DNA of 64,000 nucleotides from Desulfosoma sp. Its GTDB lineage: Bacteria; Desulfobacterota; Syntrophobacteria; Syntrophobacterales; DSM-9756. Under the pieces are notes generated by a model that had not been told where the DNA came from, made no database searches, and saw only the letters and a list, made by a program, of their open reading frames with translations. Location of the stretch: the NCBI GenBank assembly GCA_037481835.1, contig JBBFKW010000012.1, forward strand, positions 46,695-110,694, read 5' to 3'. Shown here piece after piece: positions 1 through 10,739 of this stretch. How positions within the stretch are numbered: position 1 is the stretch's first letter; every line of letters starts with the position of its first letter. The position numbers were made by a program, and so were the translations under genes.

Positions 1-1444
1 CCAGGCCCTTTTCGTGGGCTTTCACCGCCAGAGTTTCCACCACGCTTTCCACGGCCGAACGCAGATCGAAATCCACGTGCTCCAGTTCCATCTTGCCCGC
101 TTCGATCTTGGAAAGGTCCAGAATATCGTTGAGGATCGTCAGGAGCGCTTCGCCGCTTTTTTGGATGATTTCCACGTATTCCCTCTGGACGGGATCCAGC
201 GCCGTGTCCTGGAGGAGCCGGTTCATGCCCAGGATGCCGTTCATGGGCGTGCGGATTTCATGGCTCATGTTGGCCAAAAAGAGGCTTTTCGCCTGGTTGG
301 CCACTTCCGCTTCCACCGCCAACCGGTTGGCGCGCCCGATGGCCTCTTCCAACTGCTGGTTGGATTGTTCCAAGGCCTGGAGCGCCTCGCGAAGTTCCCG
401 TTCCCGGGCGGTGACGGTTTCCGCCATCTCCCTCACCGCCCCGACGACGCGGTCCAGTTCCGCCACACCGCACGGTTCCAAGCGGTCCAAAGACTCGGGG
501 CGGCCTCCGGCCACGTATTCCAGGGCACGGGAAAAGCGCTCCAGGGGTTTTCCCACAACGTCTTCCAGCCGCCTCTTGGCCGCCGCCAGCATGACGGCTG
601 TAGCCCCGCAGAACACAGCGAGGGCTGCGGCCGACATGGCCCCAATGGGCTTCAGGATATGCCAAAGGGGTGTGGCCACAACGATCACCCACCCGCTCTT
701 TTCCACAGGCGTCGCCGTCGCCAGATGCCATGTGGTCCCCAAGCGCACCAAGGCCGTCTGCGCCGTCTTTTCCCTTTGGGCGCGGCGCACCACATCCAGA
801 TGGCTCATGTCGCCATGGCGAACCGCAAGGTTGTGGTCCGGATGGGCCATCACGGACCCGAACCGGTCCAGGACGAAAGCCAGATCGCCTTCCTCCGTGC
901 CCTCTACCAGAGAATCCACGTAGCGCTCAATGTCCGAAAGGTTGAGCTCCCCGACCACATGCCCGCCGTCCGGCATCTTCACGGCCGTGAGCACCGCCAC
1001 CTTTCCCGGCTCCAGGTATTCGCAGGGGTCGGAAAAACTCCCCAGGCGGGAGGGGTCTTGCTCCAAGGGCTTGAGATACATGGAAAAATCCATGCCTTGC
1101 ACGCCTGCGGGAAAAGCGGCGACGACGATGCCTCGAGAATCCGTCACGACCAGGCGGTCGAAATAGGGCACGGCATCCTTCACGGCGGCAAGGAGCGCCG
1201 GCACATTGCGGTCTTGCCCGCTGCCGACCGAAACGGGGATTTTGAGAGCGGCTGTGGCATGATCCAGGTAAGCGCCGAGGGAGGCCTCCAAGGGGCGAAC
1301 CATCTGCCGATGGCGGCTTCCCACGGTGGACACCTGTTGGTATCCGGCGAGAATGGTCCCGAGGAGCACGATGACCAGGCCCAAGCCGAAGATCTTGGGC
1401 CCCATTTGCGACCGCACGACGGCCGCCAGCGGCGCACTGTCCAT
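1..1444 (-). CDS. Membrane sensor histidine kinase (TM-Cache-TM-HAMP-HisKA), BarA/ArcB-like; 3' end runs off the window
   Basis: Not in the ORF track because it has no stop in the window. Manual translation from ATG 1444 gives [29 protein letters not shown]... and the H-box [23 protein letters not shown]...[18 protein letters not shown]. Purine-rich RBS upstream. Confidence 0.9.
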   Translation of the reverse strand, partial: MDSAPLAAVVRSQMGPKIFGLGLVIVLLGTILAGYQQVSTVGSRHRQMVRPLEASLGAYLDHATAALKIPVSVGSGQDRNVPALLAAVKDAVPYFDRLVVTDSRGIVVAAFPAGVQGMDFSMYLKPLEQDPSRLGSFSDPCEYLEPGKVAVLTAVKMPDGGHVVGELNLSDIERYVDSLVEGTEEGDLAFVLDRFGSVMAHPDHNLAVRHGDMSHLDVVRRAQREKTAQTALVRLGTTWHLATATPVEKSGWVIVVATPLWHILKPIGAMSAAALAVFCGATAVMLAAAKRRLEDVVGKPLERFSRALEYVAGGRPESLDRLEPCGVAELDRVVGAVREMAETVTARERELREALQALEQSNQQLEEAIGRANRLAVEAEVANQAKSLFLANMSHEIRTPMNGILGMNRLLQDTALDPVQREYVEIIQKSGEALLTILNDILDLSKIEAGKMELEHVDFDLRSAVESVVETLAVKAHEKGL

Positions 1445-1629
1445 CCCCTCTCCCCCCCGTTGAGGGACGACACACGTCCTTGGGAAACGCTTTCCGCAAG
1501 GCACGAAAGGACGCGATCCCCGTAGGGATCTCACCCGAGCGGCCCGCTCGGGCCGGAGCCGGGCTCCGACCCCAAAGGCTATTTCAGCAGTCGGCACGAT
1601 GTTTCAGAAACTAAAGACTTTTTTGAGCC

Positions 1630-4143
1630 CTAAAGGGCGCGCCCGGGGCTTTCGGGAAGAAAGGCGCAGGAGGCCGATTCTTCCAGGGTGCGAAGGCACC
1701 GCTTTTGGGCCGCGGAGGGATCGAAGGTTTGGAGCCTGGCGGCCAGTTCCCCCCACAGGGTCGGGACCCACCAGTCGTGAAAGGTCAGTTTCAAGGCTTG
1801 GGCGATTTGGACGAGAAGGCACAGCCGGTCCAGGGAAAGCCGGCTGGAGGCCAGAATGCGGCGCATTTCCCGGCACAGAGCCCCGGTCACGGTTCGATGG
1901 ACTTCCGGCAAATCGTCGGCGACACCCCACGAGGCCAGGGACGATCTTAAAAACTGCAGGCGGGCGAGAAAAATCTGGCGCTGAAAGCTTCCTTCCGCCC
2001 CGTTTTCCCGAAGATGGGCCGTTCCGCCCTCTTCAGCTCGGAGCAGCGGCGCCAACACGTCCAAAATCTGGCGTTCCACGATGCGGCGCAAGGAATCCTT
2101 GATATCCCCCGGGAGGGTGATCCCCCATTCCCGCAAGGACCATAGGAGCGCGTGATGGGCGTTGAAAAAGCGCCTCTGGAACTCGGTGTAGAAAACCAGG
2201 TGGTCCTGAGCCAGTCGATAGGCGATGTTCATGCGCACGTCCTCGGGGATGTCCTTGAGGGAAAAGGCCTCGGCCTCCGGCAGATCGTCCAGGCACTGGA
2301 CCATGGAAGCCGTCCCTTCCACGGCGCAGGCTTTGAGTTCCTTGACCAAGGGCTCGAAGGCCGCCTCATCGGTCAGGCGCTTGACGGACGCCCGCAGGTC
2401 CAACCCGCCGAAGTGCATGGTGGCGTGGACCAGAGCCACGGAGCGCCCCGTTCGGGTGTCTTCCACGTCCATGGTCCCGACCTGGCAGGGCACGGGGTAT
2501 TCCCCGAGAAAGACTTCGTGGCGCGGGCGGATGGCGTACGTGTGGACCCGGTCCCGGTAGGGGGTTTTAAGAGCCAGGGCTTCCATGGCCGCCGCGGCGC
2601 CGATGTGTTCGGGGCTGATTTTCTTTTCCAAGACAAAGCGACGGTACACGGCGGCGCCGTGTCCCATTTCCGGAAGATTGCTCGGCGCCTTTTCCAACAC
2701 CTCCAAGAAGGCCGGCTCCGGATCCGGAGCCCCGGAGGCTCGAGCCAATTCCATGGCCCGGCACGCATGGGCGAGGATGATCTGGGTTTCCAGGCCGCTC
2801 ACGTCATCGAAAAACCAGCCGCAGGACGTGTACATGGCCATGGCTTCCCGCTGCATTTCCATGAGTTCCAAGAGGCGGATTTTGTCTTCGGCCGAGAAGT
2901 TCCCTTTGGCGTGCCTTCGGAGGAACGCTTCCCTTTCCGAGGCCCCGTTCAAGACCACGTGGATGTAGTCGTCTCGCGCCGCCCACGGGTCCCGAACGAG
3001 TCGCGAGGCTTCCTTTTCGAAATGCCGGGCCAGGGCGTCCCGCACCCCGTCCAGGGCCTCCCGCAAAGGGGCCCGCCATTTCTGGTGCCAGTCCGGATGG
3101 GCCCCGCTTTGGCAGCCGCAGTCAGTCCGCCACCGTCCGACCCCGTGGGCGCAGCTCCATGCCGTCTCGGGGACGATTTCCACTTCCGCCTTCACGGGAA
3201 ACCGGTCCAAGAAGGTTGCATAATTGACCACTTCCACGGACGGGTCCTTTTCCAGCTCTTTGAAGGCGGCCGCCAGGGCCATATCCCCGAACTTGAAGTG
3301 GTGCCCGTAGGATTCGCCGTCCGTGGCGGCATGGACGAGCCAGGCTTCTCCGGGGACGACGGCGGGGTCTGCAAAGCCTTCCCGAAGCGCCGAAAGGAGC
3401 CGCGAACTGTGTTCCAGGAGCCGTTCGAAGGCGATGCCCCGGGAAATGCGGCCATTGTAGAAAAAAAGGTGGATCCAGGCGCCGTTGGGGCACCGGTACC
3501 GGTATGCGCGGCCGTACGGGATGGATCCGTCCCGAACGTCGCGCCACGCCGTGGATTCGCCGTCCAGCCGGCGCCATCGCGAGGCCTGGTGGGGGGCCAA
3601 GACGGTGAAGCGAATGCCGGCTTCGGCGAGCAGGCCCAGGGTTTCAGGGTCCACGGCCGTTTCCGGAAGCCACATGCCGTCGGGGTTTCGCCCGTAACGG
3701 TGGCGGAATTCGGCGATCCCCCACGCGATTTGGGTTTTCTTGTCCCGGCGGTTGGCCAAGGGGAGGATGATGTGGTGGTAGGCCTGGGCCATGGCGTTGC
3801 CGAAACCGCCCAGGCGCTTGGCGCTTTCCCGGTCCGCTCTCACGAGCTGCCGCACCACCCAAGGCTCGTGGCGTTCCAGCCAGGCCAGCAGTGTGGGCCC
3901 GAAATTGAAGCTGAGGTACTGGTAATTGTTCAGGAGACTGATAATGCGATTGCGGGAATCCACAAGGCGGGCGGCGGCGTTGGGCCGGTAGCATTCGTTG
4001 GTGATCCGGCGGTTCCAGTCGTGGTCGGGATCGGCGCTGGGTTCCCGCGGGACGGCTTCAAGCCAGGGGTTTTCTCGAGGCGGCTGGTAAAAATGGCCGT
4101 GCAGGCACACGCACCGAAGCGCGCCCTGGGAATCCTTCACCAT
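1630..4143 (-). CDS. Glycoside hydrolase family 57 / DUF3536-domain protein
   Basis: HGHFYQPPRENPW, SFNFGPTLL, GMWLPETAVD, ATDGESYGHH, WSCAHGVGRW and YTSCGWFFDD motifs. Confidence 0.88.
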   Translation of the reverse strand: MVKDSQGALRCVCLHGHFYQPPRENPWLEAVPREPSADPDHDWNRRITNECYRPNAAARLVDSRNRIISLLNNYQYLSFNFGPTLLAWLERHEPWVVRQLVRADRESAKRLGGFGNAMAQAYHHIILPLANRRDKKTQIAWGIAEFRHRYGRNPDGMWLPETAVDPETLGLLAEAGIRFTVLAPHQASRWRRLDGESTAWRDVRDGSIPYGRAYRYRCPNGAWIHLFFYNGRISRGIAFERLLEHSSRLLSALREGFADPAVVPGEAWLVHAATDGESYGHHFKFGDMALAAAFKELEKDPSVEVVNYATFLDRFPVKAEVEIVPETAWSCAHGVGRWRTDCGCQSGAHPDWHQKWRAPLREALDGVRDALARHFEKEASRLVRDPWAARDDYIHVVLNGASEREAFLRRHAKGNFSAEDKIRLLELMEMQREAMAMYTSCGWFFDDVSGLETQIILAHACRAMELARASGAPDPEPAFLEVLEKAPSNLPEMGHGAAVYRRFVLEKKISPEHIGAAAAMEALALKTPYRDRVHTYAIRPRHEVFLGEYPVPCQVGTMDVEDTRTGRSVALVHATMHFGGLDLRASVKRLTDEAAFEPLVKELKACAVEGTASMVQCLDDLPEAEAFSLKDIPEDVRMNIAYRLAQDHLVFYTEFQRRFFNAHHALLWSLREWGITLPGDIKDSLRRIVERQILDVLAPLLRAEEGGTAHLRENGAEGSFQRQIFLARLQFLRSSLASWGVADDLPEVHRTVTGALCREMRRILASSRLSLDRLCLLVQIAQALKLTFHDWWVPTLWGELAARLQTFDPSAAQKRCLRTLEESASCAFLPESPGRAL

Positions 4144-4168
4144 GAGAGCCCTCCTCTTTGCAGGCCTT

Positions 4169-5053
4169 TCAGTCCCGATCCCGGTCCAGTTCCAGTGCCG
4201 TGCGATAGGCTTCGCGACGGCTCACCTTGAACGCCCTGTGGATCTTTTCCACCGCATCCTTGACCGTCTCTCCCCGGGCGAGACAATCCGCCAGGGCGTC
4301 TTTCCACACCGCTTCGGTGTCGGCCTTCGGCGCCCAAGACGCCGAAGCACCCTCCACGACCAGGGTGATCTCCCCCCGGACCGGCCCCTGGAAGGCCTCC
4401 ACGGCCTGGGACACCGTCCCCCGAAAGACCTCTTCGTGCACCTTGGTGAGTTCCCGGGCGACGGCCAGCCGGCGGTTTCCCCAATGGTGGAGGATGTCCC
4501 GGAGCGTTCGGGCGAGGCGCCGCGGGGATTCGTAGAGGACGAGGGTCATGGGGAGGGCGGCGTATTCTTCGAAAAAGGTGGTCCGACGCCCTCCTTTCGG
4601 GGGAGGAAAGCCGATGAAGGCAAAGGGCTGGGGCGGCAGCCCGGACACACTCAAGGCCGTGATGACGGCGCTCGGGCCCGGAACCGGCACCACCGGCCGG
4701 CCGTTTTCCAGGGCCTGGTGGATCAGGGCCGTGCCGGGATCGGAAATGCCCGGGGTGCCGGCGTCGGTGACGACGGCGACGCTCCGCCCGCTCTTGAGAA
4801 TGCCGACGATTTTTTCCAGGCCTTGGGGGGAGGTGTGGGCGTGGCAGCTGAGAACGGGCACGCGGATGCCGTGGGCGCTGAGGAGCTTTCGCGTGTGGCG
4901 CGTGTCTTCGGCCACGACGAAGGCCACGGAACGCAGAACTTCAAGGGCCCTTAGGGTGATGTCCGCCAGGTTGCCGATGGGGGTCGCCACGACGTAAAGG
5001 ATTCCGGCGCTTTCTTCGGCTGCCTGATGTCCCGCCATGGCCCCGTCCCTCAC
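4169..5053 (-). CDS. rsmI: 16S rRNA (cytidine1402-2'-O)-methyltransferase
   Basis: LYVVATPIGNLADITLRA, AEDTRHT, DAGTPGISDPG, YESPRR and RELTKVHEE motifs. Start is GTG 5053 or ATG 5038. Confidence 0.95.
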   Translation of the reverse strand: MRDGAMAGHQAAEESAGILYVVATPIGNLADITLRALEVLRSVAFVVAEDTRHTRKLLSAHGIRVPVLSCHAHTSPQGLEKIVGILKSGRSVAVVTDAGTPGISDPGTALIHQALENGRPVVPVPGPSAVITALSVSGLPPQPFAFIGFPPPKGGRRTTFFEEYAALPMTLVLYESPRRLARTLRDILHHWGNRRLAVARELTKVHEEVFRGTVSQAVEAFQGPVRGEITLVVEGASASWAPKADTEAVWKDALADCLARGETVKDAVEKIHRAFKVSRREAYRTALELDRDRD

Positions 5054-5424
5054 ACCGCCCCGTGGGCGTCGAAAGCCCCCGGAATCCAGCGCACTTGAGC
5101 CTCATCGCGGCGCCATCGCACGGTCACCACATCGAAGCGGACCGGGACACGGTCGAGCCCCGAGCGTTTCAGATACCACAGGGCCACCCGAACCACGCGC
5201 TTCCTCTTTTCAGGGCCCACGGATTCTTCCGCCGCCCCCCGGCGACCGCTTCGCTGGGATCGGATTTCCACAAAGACGTAGGTCGGCCCGTCCCGCGCGA
5301 TGAGGTCCACTTCGCCCAAAGGGCAGCGCAGGTTCCTTTCCACGATTTCCAGGCCGTGTTTTTCGAGATAGGCCGCCGCCACAGCCTCGCCGTCACGGCC
5401 GGTGGCAATGCGATCCCGGTCCAT
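5050..5424 (-). CDS. yraN: YraN family putative endonuclease (UPF0102)
   Basis: GRDGEAVAAAYL, GEVDLIARDG, VFVEIRS and RFDVV motifs; conserved position between rnhB and rsmI. Confidence 0.9.
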   Translation of the reverse strand: MDRDRIATGRDGEAVAAAYLEKHGLEIVERNLRCPLGEVDLIARDGPTYVFVEIRSQRSGRRGAAEESVGPEKRKRVVRVALWYLKRSGLDRVPVRFDVVTVRWRRDEAQVRWIPGAFDAHGAV

Positions 5425-6085
5425 GGGCCGGATCCTTTCCCGAGAGCACGCCTTGAAACGATCGGCGATGAATGGGACATGGGCCGAACCGCCGGAGCGC
5501 TTCCCGGTGCTCCGCCGTCGGGTACCCCTTGTGGCGATGAAATCCATACGCGGGGTAGAGGGCGTGGTAGTCGTCCATGAGCCGATCGCGATGGACTTTG
5601 GCGATGATGGAGGCGGCCGCGATGGAAAGGCTTCGAGCGTCTCCTCGAATGAGGCCGCGCTGCGGCATGGGCAGGGGCAGGCTGTAGGGCCCGTCGATGA
5701 GCACGAAATCGGGGGGCACCCCGAGGCCCTGGAGCGCTCGAAGCATGGCCGAAAACGTGGCCCTAAGGATGTCCGTGCGGTCGATTTCCTCGGGCTCGGC
5801 GCACCCTATGCCCACCGCCACGGCTCGAGCCCGGATCTCGGCGGCCAGTTGTTCCCTCCGGCGGGCCGTCACTTTCTTGGAATCGGTGACGCCGGGAAAA
5901 GGGGTCTTTTCAGGAAGAATGACGGCCGCCGCCACAACGGGTCCGGCCAAGGGACCGCGGCCCGCCTCGTCGATTCCCGCCACCAAACGAAAACCCCGCC
6001 GGCGGATGGCGTCGTCCAGGGCCAATCCGTCCGCCGGCGGGGTTTCAAACAGACTTCTTTGCACGAGCATGCCGTCCGACACCAC
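5393..6085 (-). CDS. rnhB: Ribonuclease HII
   Basis: AGIDEAGRGPLAGPVVAAAV, DSKK, SIAAASIIAKVHRD, HKGYPT and HRRSF motifs. Start uncertain (6085 or 6070). Confidence 0.95.
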   Translation of the reverse strand: MVSDGMLVQRSLFETPPADGLALDDAIRRRGFRLVAGIDEAGRGPLAGPVVAAAVILPEKTPFPGVTDSKKVTARRREQLAAEIRARAVAVGIGCAEPEEIDRTDILRATFSAMLRALQGLGVPPDFVLIDGPYSLPLPMPQRGLIRGDARSLSIAAASIIAKVHRDRLMDDYHALYPAYGFHRHKGYPTAEHREALRRFGPCPIHRRSFQGVLSGKDPAHGPGSHCHRP

Positions 6086-6181
6086 CCTCGGATGCCGTTT
6101 TGTTCTTTACCGTCGCCGCTGGAGCCATCCGGGCCGCGCCTGAGCGGGGCTGTCGGGCGCCGTTTTTATTTCGTTGGGCTC

Positions 6182-6529
6182 CTAGCGGCGTTCCTTGATG
6201 CGGGCCGCCTTGCCCAGGCGTTCGCGCAGGTAGTAGAGGCGGCTTCGGCGCACGCGGCCTTTCCGCACCACTTCGATCTTGTCGATCTGCGGCGAATGGA
6301 GGGGGAAGATGCGTTCCACGCCGATTCCGTAGGACACTTTTCTCACCGTAAAGGTCGCCCCCACGCCGCCCCGATGCCGGCGAATGACCACGCCTTCGAA
6401 GACCTGGATCCGCTCTTTGTCGCCTTCGCGGATTTTCACGTGCACCTTGACCGTATCGCCCACACGGAACGGTGGAATATCCACCCGCATGAGATCGCGT
6501 TCGAGACTCTGAATGAGATTCCAACCCAT
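6182..6529 (-). CDS. rplS: 50S ribosomal protein L19
   Basis: [26 protein letters not shown] and [12 protein letters not shown] motifs; GGAGG RBS before ATG 6529. Confidence 0.97.
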   Translation of the reverse strand: MGWNLIQSLERDLMRVDIPPFRVGDTVKVHVKIREGDKERIQVFEGVVIRRHRGGVGATFTVRKVSYGIGVERIFPLHSPQIDKIEVVRKGRVRRSRLYYLRERLGKAARIKERR

Positions 6530-6659
6530 GACCGTCCTCCACTTGTCCACCACATACCGTCTTAAAGTCGTGCGGCGCTTTCGGCCGCGCGTTGTTTCGC
6601 GTCTCGCCCTCAAAACCGCGGTGCGCCTTCTTACTCCAAACCGGGCGCCCTCGTAAACA

Positions 6660-7259
6660 TCAAAGTGCCGGCGGCGCCTGGGCCCGAAAGAATCGGTCCA
6701 CCAAAATGGCGGCGGCACAGCGCACCGAAAGATGATTGTAGTCCGAGCGGCCTTCCACGGGCCGCAACGTTCCGTGGCACAGCCTCCACACCCGCTCGGC
6801 CAACCCCCACCCGGTGCCGAACACCATGACGCCCGGGCGTCCCGTCGTTTCCAGGATGAGCCGGGCTTCGGCAGGTTCCACATCGGCGCCGCTGGACCGT
6901 GCCGAGGTGGCCCACAGGAAAGGCGCTCGACCGCACTCCCTTTCCACATCGGCCACCACGTCTTCCAAAGCGGCCTGGACCCGAAGGCGCCTCAAGGCCC
7001 GTTCCCTGTCCGGGTGCAGCCGGCTTCCCACTCCGTGGAGCCAATGATGGAGCAGGCGATGCACCAGTTCCTGCTGGTCCTGGAGCGGGGTCACCACGTA
7101 ACAGGCCGGAAGATCGTACGTGCAGGCCAATCGCCCCAGATCGTGCAGATCCAAGTTGGTGATCGCCGCAGCGATTTCTTCCCCCCGGCGGTTGCGCACG
7201 GGGGCGTGGACCAGGGCGAGGTAAAGGACGGGCTCTTTCAGAGTCCCGGGAGCGCTCAT
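6660..7259 (-). CDS. TrmD-associated SPOUT-type RNA methyltransferase domain protein, stand-alone
   Basis: [35 protein letters not shown] and [16 protein letters not shown] motifs; ATGA overlap with the trmD stop. Confidence 0.85.
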   Translation of the reverse strand: MSAPGTLKEPVLYLALVHAPVRNRRGEEIAAAITNLDLHDLGRLACTYDLPACYVVTPLQDQQELVHRLLHHWLHGVGSRLHPDRERALRRLRVQAALEDVVADVERECGRAPFLWATSARSSGADVEPAEARLILETTGRPGVMVFGTGWGLAERVWRLCHGTLRPVEGRSDYNHLSVRCAAAILVDRFFRAQAPPAL

Positions 7260-7987
7260 GGGGCCTCTTCCCCCTCGTTCAGGAGCCTCCGGTCCTCTTC
7301 GGAAAGGGTCAGCCGAGCGAAAAGGTCCGGCCGCCTTTCCCGGGTCCTCAAAAGAGCCTGCCGGCGACGCCACCGGGCGATGCGCCCGTGATCCCCGGAA
7401 AGGAGCACGTCCGGCACCCGATACCCGCGGAACTCCTGGGGCCTGGTGTACTGCGGGTGTTCCAAGACGGGCTCGCGGAAGGATTCGGCTTCCGCCGACG
7501 CCTCGTTGCCCAGCACTCCGGGAATCAAGCGGGAGACGGCATCCACGACCACCATGGCCGCCAATTCGCCGCCCGTGAGGATATAATCCCCGATGGAAAT
7601 TTCCTCGTCCACGAAATACCGGGCGATGCGTTCATCCACCCCTTCGTAGCGGCCGCAGATGAGCACCAATCGTTCCAGGGCGCTAAAGCGGCGCGCCGTC
7701 GCCTGGTCGAAGAGTCTTCCCTGGGGGCTCAGGAGCACCACATGGGGCGGCGGGCCCAGGGGAGCCAGGGCTTCCAGAGCGTGCACGATGGGTTCCGGCT
7801 TCATGACCATGCCCTCCCCGCCCCCGAAAGGCCGATCGTCGGTCATCTGGTGCCGGTCCGGAGCGTAATCGCGAAGGTTGTGCACCCGAACGACAATTTG
7901 TCCTCGCCCCTGCGCTTTGCCCAGGATGCTTTCGCTCAGCGGCCCGTGAAACATGCCCGGGAAAAGGGTCACGATGTCAAAGATCAT
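7256..7987 (-). CDS. trmD: tRNA (guanine37-N1)-methyltransferase
   Basis: [48 protein letters not shown] and LEHPQYTRP motifs. Confidence 0.97.
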   Translation of the reverse strand: MIFDIVTLFPGMFHGPLSESILGKAQGRGQIVVRVHNLRDYAPDRHQMTDDRPFGGGEGMVMKPEPIVHALEALAPLGPPPHVVLLSPQGRLFDQATARRFSALERLVLICGRYEGVDERIARYFVDEEISIGDYILTGGELAAMVVVDAVSRLIPGVLGNEASAEAESFREPVLEHPQYTRPQEFRGYRVPDVLLSGDHGRIARWRRRQALLRTRERRPDLFARLTLSEEDRRLLNEGEEAP

Positions 7988-8504
7988 CCAACAAACCTTC
8001 AGGGGGATCCACCACCATGACGCCGCGGGAGACATCGACCCGCTTGATGATCTCTTCCACGGCGGGCAGAAGAATTTCCCGACCCGAGCCCGTCTTTACG
8101 GCATAGAGGTCGTGGGCCTTGGTTTCCATCACGCCCACAACCCGCCCGAGTGGCACACCGGCTTCGGTCACCACCTCCAGCCCCACCAGCTGGTGGTAGT
8201 AGTATTCGCCGTCTTCCAGGGGATCCAGGTCTTCTTCGGGCACCCCCACTTCCAAACCAACGAGGCGGCGCGCCCCGTCCAGGTCTTCGATGCCTTCAAA
8301 ACCAAACACCCACGCCTGCCCCGCGGGACGCTTGTCCGCAATGCGAAGCGCCCGAGGCACACCGCCGCGGGCCGCCTGCACGAACAACCGCTCCCCAGGT
8401 TGGCGCCGACCCAGCGTCTCCCCGTAAGGGGCAACGACGACGGCGCCGTGAATCCCATGAGTCCTCAGGATCTTTCCCACGGGAACCCAGCGCGGACTGT
8501 CCAT
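7977..8504 (-). CDS. rimM: Ribosome maturation factor RimM
   Basis: [12 protein letters not shown] and [12 protein letters not shown] motifs, PRC-barrel C-terminus, operon context. Confidence 0.93.
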   Translation of the reverse strand: MDSPRWVPVGKILRTHGIHGAVVVAPYGETLGRRQPGERLFVQAARGGVPRALRIADKRPAGQAWVFGFEGIEDLDGARRLVGLEVGVPEEDLDPLEDGEYYYHQLVGLEVVTEAGVPLGRVVGVMETKAHDLYAVKTGSGREILLPAVEEIIKRVDVSRGVMVVDPPEGLLDDL

Positions 8505-8507
8505 GGC

Positions 8508-8741
8508 CTATTCGATGATTTCCAAGACCGCCCGTTTTCGAATCTTTGTGGACGCGGCGCTGAGGATCGTCCGCATGGCGCGGGCTGTGCGGCCTTGCTT
8601 GCCGATGACTTTCCCCAAGTCTTCCTTGGCCACCCGCAGTTCAATGACGGAGGTCTGTTCCCCTTCAATTTCCGAGACACGCACCTGTTCCGGCTTATCC
8701 ACCAACGCCCGCGCCATGTACTCGATGAGCTCTTTCAACAT
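8508..8741 (-). CDS. khpA: KH-domain RNA-binding protein (KhpA/YlqC family)
   Basis: [15 protein letters not shown] and [17 protein letters not shown] motifs; lies between rpsP and rimM. Confidence 0.92.
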   Translation of the reverse strand: MLKELIEYMARALVDKPEQVRVSEIEGEQTSVIELRVAKEDLGKVIGKQGRTARAMRTILSAASTKIRKRAVLEIIE

Positions 8742-8784
8742 GGTCCACCCCTCCGTGTTCTCCGCGCCGCCCACCTCGGGTCCC

Positions 8785-9045
8785 TCAGGAAGCCTTCGAC
8801 ACGCCCAACCCCGCATGCTTGCGAATGAGGCTCATCACGGTCCGGGTCGGTTCCACACCCTGTTCGAGCCAATACTGGAGGCGCTCCGTGTTGAAAGTGA
8901 CCGTTTCCGGCTGGGTCAAAGGATTGTAAGTCCCGACGCGTTCAATGAACCGACCGTCACGAGGGGCTTCCGAATGGGCCACCACGATGGAATAGTAGGG
9001 TCTTTTCTTGCTGCCCCGACGAGCCAAACGGATACGAACCGGCAT
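8785..9045 (-). CDS. rpsP: 30S ribosomal protein S16
   Basis: [23 protein letters not shown] and [14 protein letters not shown] motifs. Confidence 0.97.
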   Translation of the reverse strand: MPVRIRLARRGSKKRPYYSIVVAHSEAPRDGRFIERVGTYNPLTQPETVTFNTERLQYWLEQGVEPTRTVMSLIRKHAGLGVSKAS

Positions 9046-9135
9046 GATGATCTCTTACCTCCTGTTAAGTCACTTTACCTCACGGCCCACACGGCCTCAA
9101 AACAAATTTTTGCTCTATACACCAAGAGGGGGGCC

Positions 9136-10491
9136 TTAGAAAGGGAAAAATGCCTTGACCTTCTTTTTCTTGGCCTTCTTGCCCGGCTTCGCCCCGCCGC
9201 CGCCCATCATCTGGCGCATCATGCGACGGGCGTCCTGGTAGCTGCGCAGGAGTTGGTTCACTTCCTGGACGCTGGTGCCGCTGCCCATGGCGATGCGCCG
9301 CTTGCGGCTCGCGTTGATGATGGACGCATCCCGGCGCTCCTCCTTGGTCATGGAATTGATGATGGCCTCGGTGCGCACCAGCGCCTTTTCGTCGATCTGC
9401 ATCTTCTTGAGTTCCTTGAGCGCCCCCATGCCCGGAAGCATCTTCAGGATGGATTCCAAGGACCCCAGTTTCTTCATTTGCCGAAGCTGCCGCCGGAAGT
9501 CTTCCAGCGTGAAGGCGTCTTCCCGAAACTTTCGGGCCAGATCCAGCGCCTCTTCCTCGTCGAACGCCTCCTGGGCCTTTTCGATGATGGTGAGCACATC
9601 GCCCATGCCCAAGATGCGGGAACTCATCCGATCCGGGTGGAACGTTTCAAGGGCGTCCAACTTTTCGCCGACCCCGACGAATTTGATGGGGCATCCCGTG
9701 ACGGCCTTGATGGAAAGAGCCGCGCCGCCTCGAGCGTCCCCGTCCAGCTTGGTGAGGATGACCCCGGTAAGCTGCAGCGCGTCGTGGAAGGATCCCGCCA
9801 CCTGGACGGCGTCCTGACCGGTCATGGCGTCGGCCACCAAGAGGATTTCCTTGGGGTTGAGGATCCCCTTGAGCCGCCTGAGTTCGTCCATGAGTTCCGC
9901 GTCGATGTGGAGCCGCCCCGCCGTATCCACCAGGATGACATCGCACTGGTTTTCCTTGGCGAAAGGCAGGGCCGCGGCGGCGATGTCTTCCGGCTTGTCT
10001 CGGGTCGATGCCGGATAGACCGGGACTTTCAGTTGCCGTCCCAGGGTCATGAGCTGATCGATGGCCGCGGGGCGGTAGACGTCCGCGGGGATGAGGCACG
10101 GCTTTCTGCCGTTCTTGGCCAAGTGATGGGCCAGCTTGGCCGCCGTGGTGGTTTTGCCCGATCCCTGGAGCCCCACCAGGAGGAGGACCTGAGGGGGCTT
10201 GCCCGACAGATCCAGGGGAACGGCCGAACCCCCCATGAGCTCGGTCAGGGATTCATTGACGATCTTGATGACCTGCTGGCCCGGAGTGAGGCTCCGCATC
10301 ACCTCCTGGCCCACGGCCCTTTGGGCGACGGTCTGGACGAAATCCTTGGCCACTTTGTAGTGGACATCCGCCTCCAGCAGAGCGAGGCGCACTTCCCGCA
10401 AGGCGTCCTGAATGTTCTGCTCGGTGAGCTTTCCGTAGCCTTTCAAGTGGCGAAAAACTTTTTGCAGTTTGCTGCTCAGGCTGTCAAACAT
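9136..10491 (-). CDS. ffh: Signal recognition particle protein
   Basis: GLQGSGKTT, DTAGR and TKLDGDARGGAALS motifs; M domain with SRKRRIAMGSG. Confidence 0.98.
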   Translation of the reverse strand: MFDSLSSKLQKVFRHLKGYGKLTEQNIQDALREVRLALLEADVHYKVAKDFVQTVAQRAVGQEVMRSLTPGQQVIKIVNESLTELMGGSAVPLDLSGKPPQVLLLVGLQGSGKTTTAAKLAHHLAKNGRKPCLIPADVYRPAAIDQLMTLGRQLKVPVYPASTRDKPEDIAAAALPFAKENQCDVILVDTAGRLHIDAELMDELRRLKGILNPKEILLVADAMTGQDAVQVAGSFHDALQLTGVILTKLDGDARGGAALSIKAVTGCPIKFVGVGEKLDALETFHPDRMSSRILGMGDVLTIIEKAQEAFDEEEALDLARKFREDAFTLEDFRRQLRQMKKLGSLESILKMLPGMGALKELKKMQIDEKALVRTEAIINSMTKEERRDASIINASRKRRIAMGSGTSVQEVNQLLRSYQDARRMMRQMMGGGGAKPGKKAKKKKVKAFFPF

Positions 10492-10552
10492 GATCCCATC
10501 CGTTTCGGGGCCCGCTGTCGGGATTTCTCCGCTTTGTTTTCATCGGCGGCTC

Positions 10553-10581
10553 ATGCTATATTTTGCGTACCTTTGTGTCAA
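10553..10581 (-). promoter_or_regulatory. Putative sigma70 promoter of the ffh-rpsP operon
   Basis: TTGACA-17 nt-TAGCAT on the minus strand, about 60 nt upstream of the ffh ATG. Confidence 0.65.
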
Positions 10582-10739
10582 GAAACGAGAAATCCAGAAG
10601 ATTTACCCCCGAACCCGTCCCGCGGTGCGGGAGGACGTGGGGGTGGAATGACGGTTCTTCCCGTGGGGATCCATCGAAGCAACGGTTTAAAAGAGCGGGC
10701 GCACATTTGTGTGGAAACTCGGGTGCCGGGAGGGCGGTT

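Noticed and set aside
14..1525. 503-aa plus-strand ORF
   Set aside because: Antisense shadow of the minus-strand histidine kinase, which carries the recognisable motifs.
2152..4230. Long plus-strand ORF (692 aa); likewise 8503-10749, 14737-16422, 41110-42429 and 59209-60960
   Set aside because: These lie antisense to well-supported genes, are typical high-GC shadow frames and have no motifs of their own.
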